Of a stretch of 64,000 bases of DNA, positions 58,933 to 64,000 are shown piece after piece. Each line of letters opens with the position of its first letter. The stretch's first letter is position 1. Location: contig CAWGJT010000014.1 of NCBI GenBank assembly GCA_963822965.1, forward strand, positions 256,001-320,000. The letters are read 5' to 3'. The translations under genes were made by a program, and so were the position numbers. The stretch is from an uncultured delta proteobacterium (GTDB taxonomy: Bacteria; Myxococcota_A; UBA9160; UBA4427). A model generated the notes under the pieces. The model was given only the letters and a program-made list of their open reading frames with translations. It did no database searches and had not been told where the DNA came from.

Positions 58933-59418
58933 TCAGCTCGGCTCGCGCTTCTGCGCGGCGTCGGGCTTCGCGGGGATCTCTCCGCGCCACCCCTCCAGCT
59001 CCTTGCCCCGTTCCTCGACGAAGCGCTTGAAGCGCTCGAGATCGCCCTCGACCCGCCGGCCGAGCAGGCCGAGCACGTCGCCGATCTTCTCGCTCACGCG
59101 TTCGGGCTCGTACTGCATCTGCAGCATCACTCGCGAGCTGTCGTCCGAGAGCCGGTGGAAGGTGACCACGCCGGCGTTGGTGGTGCCTCCCTCGGAACGC
59201 CATGCGATGCGCTTGTCCGGGATCTGCTCGGTGATCTCCGCGTCCCACTCCTCGGTCTCGCCCCACACGTTGGCGCGCCAGTGGAGATGGCGGTCGTCCT
59301 TCTGCACCACCTTCTCGACGCCCTGCATGAAGGCGGGAAAGAGCTCGAAGCGGGTCCAGGCGTTGTACGAGGTCGATGCAGGGGCTCCCACCTCGATGGA
59401 TCGTTCGATGGTCGTCAT
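58933..59418 (-). CDS. SRPBCC/polyketide cyclase-family protein
   Basis: 'YN.WT.FE.FP.FM.GV', 'W.AEITEQ.PD..IAW', 'DL.RFK.F.E..G...GWRG'. Confidence 0.88.
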   Translation of the reverse strand: MTTIERSIEVGAPASTSYNAWTRFELFPAFMQGVEKVVQKDDRHLHWRANVWGETEEWDAEITEQIPDKRIAWRSEGGTTNAGVVTFHRLSDDSSRVMLQMQYEPERVSEKIGDVLGLLGRRVEGDLERFKRFVEERGKELEGWRGEIPAKPDAAQKREPS

Positions 59419-59564
59419 GTCAGGCTCCTCCTCAGGGCCCGCCGGGGCGAAACGTGCGGCTTCTACAAAGCGCGGCTACGAAGCGCGGCCGGGGAGGGAC
59501 TCCCCTCCCGCCGCTCCCGCCTGCGGGCCGGATCTTCTCGTTCATCTTTGCTGCTTCGAGGAGT

Positions 59565-59580
59565 TGCAAGCGCCATGCCC
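59565..59580 (-). promoter_or_regulatory. possible sigma-54 promoter for the SRPBCC gene
   Basis: Minus strand GGGCAT-GGCGC-TTGCA, GG-N10-GC, about 147 bp upstream of the start. Confidence 0.5.
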
Positions 59581-59599
59581 GGGCCGCTCGCAGCGGCGC

Positions 59600-60958
59600 T
59601 CACCGGGCCACGCGCGACCGGATGTCCCGCTCCACGGACTCGCGCGCGCGCTCGAGCTCCGGGCTGATCTCGACCGGGAAGGGCGGATCGGCCGGCGCCA
59701 GGGCGCGGATGTGCTCGGGCAGGCGCTCGATCTCGCGTCTCGCCCGCTCGCGCGCCGCTTCCAGGGCCTCTCGAGCCGCGTCGATGCGGCGGCCCTTCGT
59801 CATCACGTGTCGCAGGAGCGGCCGACCCGGTAGGGACTCTCCGTGGCGTGCGATCACGTCGCGCACGGCCAGGCCGTCGTGCTCGAGGCGGAAGACCTGC
59901 TTGCGCGCGGGCAGGATGGCCTTTCCGGGGGAAAGCTTCATGCGTCCGCGCCCGGCGTATGCCACCAGCTTGTAGGCGATGTCGAGGCTGGGAGCGTCGG
60001 CCGAGACCGCCATCCGGGTTCCGACCCCGAAGCCGTCCACCGGAGCGCCCGCCTCGAGCAGGGCCGAGATCCGCTGCTCGTCCAGCCCTCCGCTCACGAA
60101 GATCTGCACGGACGAGAGTCCCGCCTGGTCCAGCCGCTTGCGCGTCCGTCCGGCGAGCTCGGCCAGATCGCCCGAGTCGAGACGGACCCCTCGCACGTGG
60201 AAGTCGTCGCGAAGCTCGCCGGCCAGGTCCACCACGCGTTCGACGCCCCGCTCGGTCTCGTAGGTGTCCACGAGCAGCACGCTGTCCGGATGCACCCGGG
60301 TGAAGTGGCGGTAGGCCTCGAGCTCGTCGTCGTGGGCCTGCACGTAGCTGTGGGCCATGGTGCCGGCGAGCGGGACTCCGTAGCGCTGGCCGGCTGCGAC
60401 GTTCGAGGTGGCGCTCCCGCCGGCCACGTAGAAGGCCCGCGCTGCCTTGAGGGCGGCGTCGATCCCGTGGGCGCGGCGCATGCCGAAGTCCACCACCGGT
60501 CTGCCCCGCGCAGCGCCGACGACGCGTGCCGCCTTGGAGGCCAGGACGGTCTGCAGGTGGATCTGGTTCATGACCAGGGTCTCCACGAGCTGCGCCTCCG
60601 CGATCGGCGCCACCACCTCGACGAGCGGCTCGTCCGCGAAGCACGGCGTTCCCTCCGGCAGGGCGAAGACCTCTCCGGTGAACCGGAATCCCTGGAGGTA
60701 CTGCAGGAAACGCCCCGGGAATCCCTGGGCTTCCAGCACCGCGAGAGAATCCGAATCGAAGCGCAGCTCCTCCAGCAGGGTGAGCGCGTCGTCGAGCCCG
60801 CAGGCGAGCAGGTAGTTGCGCTGCTCGGGAAGACGTCGCACGAAGAGGCTGAACACGGCCTCGTCGTGCATGCCCTCCTCGAAGTAGGCTTGGAGCATGG
60901 TGAGCTCGTAGAGGTCCGTGAAGAGAGCCGGCGAGACCGTGCGGTCGCGATCCTTCAT
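59600..60958 (-). CDS. pncB: nicotinate phosphoribosyltransferase
   Basis: 'LFTDLYELTM', 'DFGMRR', 'GTMAHS', 'LVDTY', 'RLDSGD', 'SGGLDE', 'YKL'. Confidence 0.93.
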   Translation of the reverse strand: MKDRDRTVSPALFTDLYELTMLQAYFEEGMHDEAVFSLFVRRLPEQRNYLLACGLDDALTLLEELRFDSDSLAVLEAQGFPGRFLQYLQGFRFTGEVFALPEGTPCFADEPLVEVVAPIAEAQLVETLVMNQIHLQTVLASKAARVVGAARGRPVVDFGMRRAHGIDAALKAARAFYVAGGSATSNVAAGQRYGVPLAGTMAHSYVQAHDDELEAYRHFTRVHPDSVLLVDTYETERGVERVVDLAGELRDDFHVRGVRLDSGDLAELAGRTRKRLDQAGLSSVQIFVSGGLDEQRISALLEAGAPVDGFGVGTRMAVSADAPSLDIAYKLVAYAGRGRMKLSPGKAILPARKQVFRLEHDGLAVRDVIARHGESLPGRPLLRHVMTKGRRIDAAREALEAARERARREIERLPEHIRALAPADPPFPVEISPELERARESVERDIRSRVAR

Positions 60959-60959
60959 C

Positions 60960-61589
60960 TCAGCCGTCCGCCTCGACGACGGCGCCCGCGTCGCGCAGCT
61001 CCGACAGCGTGCCCTCCACGGCCTCCTCGTCGACCGCACGGGTGGCGTTCGCAATCAGGTGAACGCCGAATCCCCGGCGCAGCGCGTCCATCACGCTGGC
61101 GCGCACGCAGACGTCGAGCGCGAGGCCGCCCACCCAGAGACGCCGCACGCCGAGGCGTCGCAGCTCGGCGTCGATTCCGGTGTCGTCGAAGACGGAGGTC
61201 TGGTCCTTGTCGAATCGCACCCCCTTCGCGACGGACAGGACGCCATCGGGAAGCTCGAGCCCGGGGTGGAGCTCGGCGCCGGGGCTGCCCTGCACGCAGT
61301 GCGTGGGCCAGGGGCCTCCGGCGGACTCGAAGCTCGGGTGCCCCTGCGGATGCCAGTCGCGGGAGACGACGATTGGAATGCCGGTGTGGGCCGCGGCGGC
61401 GATCCACTCGTTGAGCACCGGGACGACGTCGTCGCCGCCGGCGACGGCGAGCGCGCCCCCGGTGCAGAAGTCACGCTGGACGTCGACGACCACCAGCGCG
61501 TCGCCCGGCTCGAGTCGGGCGGCCGGGGCGGGGCGCCGGGCGTCGACCTCGTTCGGGACCGGGACGTCTCGCCGGGTGTCGGGGGTCAC
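60960..61589 (-). CDS. pncA: nicotinamidase/pyrazinamidase
   Basis: 'VVDVQ.DF', 'DWHP..H.SF', 'WP.HC', 'GLA.D.CV'; GGAGG RBS. Confidence 0.9.
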   Translation of the reverse strand: MTPDTRRDVPVPNEVDARRPAPAARLEPGDALVVVDVQRDFCTGGALAVAGGDDVVPVLNEWIAAAAHTGIPIVVSRDWHPQGHPSFESAGGPWPTHCVQGSPGAELHPGLELPDGVLSVAKGVRFDKDQTSVFDDTGIDAELRRLGVRRLWVGGLALDVCVRASVMDALRRGFGVHLIANATRAVDEEAVEGTLSELRDAGAVVEADG

Positions 61590-61628
61590 GGTCGGCCTCC
61601 CTGGGTGCAGAGTGTGCCTGAAAGTGAA

Positions 61629-61644
61629 AGCAAGGCATGTGCCA
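61629..61644 (-). promoter_or_regulatory. sigma-54 promoter for pncA-pncB
   Basis: Minus strand TGGCAC-ATGCC-TTGCT, consensus match, 39 bp upstream of the pncA start. Confidence 0.82.
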
Positions 61645-61709
61645 CCCGCAGATTCTGCAAAGTGCGGCTCCCACGGCGCGATCGCGCGAGCCACCGCGCC
61701 GCTCTCGCA

Positions 61710-61725
61710 TGGCACCGGGCTTGCA
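61710..61725 (+). promoter_or_regulatory. sigma-54 promoter for hypothetical gene 61760
   Basis: TGGCAC-CGGGC-TTGCA, consensus match, 34 bp upstream of the ATG. Confidence 0.82.
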
Positions 61726-61759
61726 CCCCTTCGGAGCCAATCGCCTTTGGAGGAACGAC

Positions 61760-62152
61760 ATGACCGCCAGCACCACCACCCAGACCGCCGCCAGCGACAC
61801 CGTGACCCTCTTCACGGACGCGCTCAACGTCACCAACGCCGCACTCGCGAAGCACAAGGACTCGCTGCCCTACAAGCCCCTGCTGCAGGCCAGCGAGAAG
61901 ATCCTCGGCGATCGGCGGATCGGCGTCGAGGTCTACGACCGCGATCCGTCCTCGCCGTTCGAGTACTTCACGATTCGCTTCCGGGAGGGCGCCTTCGAGT
62001 TCGTCGCCCACGGCAAGCGCGAGCCCGACGTGGCCTGGAAGGTGTCTCGCTCGTATCTCGAGAAGATCACCGAGAGCCCGGAGGACTATGTCGAGAACCC
62101 CGCCAAGCTCGACTGGGACTGGCTCAAGAGCCGGGTGGGCCTGGCGGACTGA
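61760..62152 (+). CDS. hypothetical protein (possibly SCP2-like fold)
   Basis: GGAGG RBS, strong GC3 codon bias; beta-strand run followed by 'PDV.W.V' loosely recalls SCP2 domains. Confidence 0.7.
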   Translation: MTASTTTQTAASDTVTLFTDALNVTNAALAKHKDSLPYKPLLQASEKILGDRRIGVEVYDRDPSSPFEYFTIRFREGAFEFVAHGKREPDVAWKVSRSYLEKITESPEDYVENPAKLDWDWLKSRVGLAD

Positions 62153-62167
62153 GCGTCTCGTTGCAGC

Positions 62168-63091
62168 TCAGACGGGGCCCGTGCCCTCCCGCTCGCGCAG
62201 GCGGTCCAGTCGGCGCCGGGCGGGTGCGATGGCGTGGGCGTGACGGGTCATGCCCTGCCAGGGGTCCTCGCGTTGGCCGAGGCGCCGGAACAGGTTCCGG
62301 ACGTGGAAGCGGCGGGGCGTGACGTGTCCGAGCTCGTCCCAGTCGATGGGCGTCGCCACCGGGGCGCCAGGGAGCGCGCGAACGGAGAATGGCGCGACCA
62401 CCGTCTGTGCGTAGGCGTTGCGCGCCACGTCGAGGAAGAGGCGTCCGCGCCGCTTCGACTTGCGGATCTCGGTGGTCAGCTCCCCGGGGAGGCGGGACGC
62501 CAGCAGGTCCATCGCGTCGCGGGCGAAGCTTCGCGTCTCGTCGAAGTCCGCGGACCGGTCGAGGGGGACCACCACGTGGAGTCCCCGCGATCCGGTGGTC
62601 TTGAGCCAGGCGGGCAGGTCCAGCTCGTCCAGCAGCTCGCGGCAGGCGCGCGCGGCCGCGCGCACCGGGGCGAAGTCGTCCCCGGACGGATCCAGGTCGA
62701 TCACGAGCTGGTCCGGATGGTCGAGGCGGTCGCTGCGCGAGAGCCACGGATGGAAGGTCACGCATCCCAGGTTGGCGAGCTGCGCCAGGGTGGCCCGCTT
62801 GTCGCAGACGACCAGGTCCTGGTGGCCGCCGTCTGCCTTCACGACCGTCGTCGTCGTGACCCACCCCGGGAGGTGTGCGCTCGCCTGCTTCTGGTAGAAC
62901 CCCGACGCTTCGATTCCGTCGGGGAACCGCTGGAGCATCGAAGGGCGGTCGCGAACCCACGGCAGCATGTGGTCCGCGATGCGTGCGTAGTAGTCGATCA
63001 GCTCGCCCTTGGTGATCCCGTTGTCGGGAAAGAGGACCTTGTCCTCGTTGGACGTCTCGACGACCCAGGGACCGTATCGGCGGCGGCTCAA
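62168..63091 (-). CDS. stand-alone LigD polymerase/primase domain (Prim-Pol)
   Basis: 'DKVLFP..GITK..L..YY', 'RFPDGI', 'FYQK', 'DLDP', 'KTTGSRGLH', 'N...QT...PFS.R'. Confidence 0.9.
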   Translation of the reverse strand: MSRRRYGPWVVETSNEDKVLFPDNGITKGELIDYYARIADHMLPWVRDRPSMLQRFPDGIEASGFYQKQASAHLPGWVTTTTVVKADGGHQDLVVCDKRATLAQLANLGCVTFHPWLSRSDRLDHPDQLVIDLDPSGDDFAPVRAAARACRELLDELDLPAWLKTTGSRGLHVVVPLDRSADFDETRSFARDAMDLLASRLPGELTTEIRKSKRRGRLFLDVARNAYAQTVVAPFSVRALPGAPVATPIDWDELGHVTPRRFHVRNLFRRLGQREDPWQGMTRHAHAIAPARRRLDRLREREGTGPV

Positions 63092-63159
63092 CGGCTCGCC
63101 TCCATGTGCTCACCTCGCTCGCCTGCTTCCGACCCGGATCTCCCGGGTCGCTGCCCCAT

Positions 63160-63639
63160 TCAAGCGACGGTGTAGAACGCGCCCAGAATCGCGCCGTAGG
63201 CGACATGGGCGACGAGCGTGGACAAGGGTGTGGCCCAGCCGTAGTTGAGGGCGAGGAATCCCGGCGGCTCGAGCTGGCGCGTCGGGGTGGGGCCGTCGTG
63301 TCGCGTGGCCATGCGGGGGTGGAGCGCCGGAAGCACCTCCATGCCCACGACCAGCACGAAGAGGCCGTGGAAGAGCCCGAGGCCCATTCCGATCAGCACC
63401 CCGGAGCGATGCCATCCTTCGAACGCGAGCGCATAGAGCACCGCAAACGCGAGCCCCGAGACGAAGTGCAGGGCGATGCCGATCGCCATCGCCCGGCTCC
63501 GGCGGGCGGAGAAGATCGTTCCGAGCATGTAGGGCAGGCTGATTCGCGACCAACCGAGCCCCTGGCTGGTGGACATCAGGAGCGTCAGCACCGCAGTGGC
63601 GAGCAGGCCCCACCCCAGTGCGCCGGGTGCCTGGATCAT
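63160..63639 (-). CDS. 4-TM membrane protein of unknown function
   Basis: Hydrophobic helices with intramembrane His ('LHF', 'FHG', 'AH..YG'), 'HPRM...EPPG'; GGAG RBS. Confidence 0.72.
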   Translation of the reverse strand: MIQAPGALGWGLLATAVLTLLMSTSQGLGWSRISLPYMLGTIFSARRSRAMAIGIALHFVSGLAFAVLYALAFEGWHRSGVLIGMGLGLFHGLFVLVVGMEVLPALHPRMATRHDGPTPTRQLEPPGFLALNYGWATPLSTLVAHVAYGAILGAFYTVA

Positions 63640-64000
63640 GGCCTTTCCTCCGTTCGTCCCCCGATCTGGAGATCCTCGGCATCGGGCCCTCGGGACACGC
63701 GGCCGGGCGGCGGCAGGCCCGGGCCCTCGGCGGCCGGGCGGGCGCCGCGCCCGGCCGCGATCGCCAACGCCGCATTCACGAGACCCACGTGGGTGAAGGC
63801 CTGGGGGAAGTTGCCGAGTGCCGCGTGGGAGTCCGGATCGACCTCTTCGGCGAACAGGCCGACGTCGTTCGCCAATCCACAGAGCCGTTCGAGCTCGCGC
63901 TCGGCCTCGTCCACCCGGCCGGCTCGTGCCAGGTACTCGACGGCCCAGAAGGAGCAGAGGCCGAAGGCGCCCTCGCCGGCGGGCAGACCGTCCTCCGTCT
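63636..64000 (-). CDS. glycoside hydrolase family 15 (glucoamylase/trehalase-like), C-terminal part, 5' partial; stop uncertain
   Basis: 'EGAFGLCSFW', 'NDVGLFAEE', 'LGNFPQAFTH.GLVNAA'. Confidence 0.88.
   Translation of the reverse strand, partial: TEDGLPAGEGAFGLCSFWAVEYLARAGRVDEAERELERLCGLANDVGLFAEEVDPDSHAALGNFPQAFTHVGLVNAALAIAAGRGARPAAEGPGLPPPGRVSRGPDAEDLQIGGRTEERP

Noticed and set aside
62168..63091. Complete NHEJ system
   Set aside because: Only the polymerase domain is present; no Ku, ligase or phosphoesterase domain in the window.
345..63914. Many long antisense or alternate-frame ORFs (e.g. 10341-13127 -, 18335-20947 -, 39801-42596 -, 53592-56168 -)
   Set aside because: Shadow ORFs expected at this GC content; Arg/Pro/Gly-rich, no motifs, and they overlap well-supported genes.
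1..64000. CRISPR array, tRNA/rRNA, transposase, integrase or prophage genes
   Set aside because: No regularly spaced repeats, cloverleaf or rRNA signatures, or DDE/tyrosine recombinase/phage motifs were recognised by eye.

Overview
High-GC bacterial chromosomal window. It mixes diderm features (lipoproteins, an IPTL-CTERM-like sorting tail, sigma-54 promoters) with actinobacterial-style lipid-catabolic and F420-dependent enzymes, which suggests Myxococcota/Binatia-like ancestry (inference only). Main blocks: (1) acyl-CoA dehydrogenase/lipid catabolism genes (1-6230); (2) a cytochrome c-dependent NO reductase operon, with two small membrane ORFs, a di-heme NorC, norB, norQ, norD and an L7Ae-like ORF (7429-13458); (3) P450s, TetR, ABC1 kinase, SDR, YfhO-like membrane protein, Mop, Mut7-C, and a lipoprotein plus a permuted-papain-like partner (13.5-32 kb); (4) a Mo-bisPGD oxidoreductase, TrxC, TauD and a fused double CoA-transferase (32.5-41.8 kb); (5) a clade II N2O reductase cluster (cyt c, nosZ-D-F-L-Y, nosB-like) with a sigma-54 promoter and a trailing Crp-type HTH fragment (42-49 kb); (6) a HACL-type ThDP enzyme divergent from a class III CoA-transferase, a DEAD-box helicase, and SulP plus beta-carbonic anhydrase opposite an OxyR-like regulator lacking the peroxidatic Cys; (7) a stress/NAD-salvage block (USP, SRPBCC, pncAB, LigD-Pol, GH15) with back-to-back sigma-54 promoters. 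The most unusual non-coding signal is a pair of ~165-bp fully hairpin-forming elements (32396-32560, 52125-52287). They have different terminal inverted repeats but a shared central core, and each starts at the TAG stop of the gene it follows. Many genes carry small frameshifts, most likely assembly indel errors. No rRNA, tRNA, CRISPR array or transposase was recognised. All family calls come from motif recognition by eye, not database searches.
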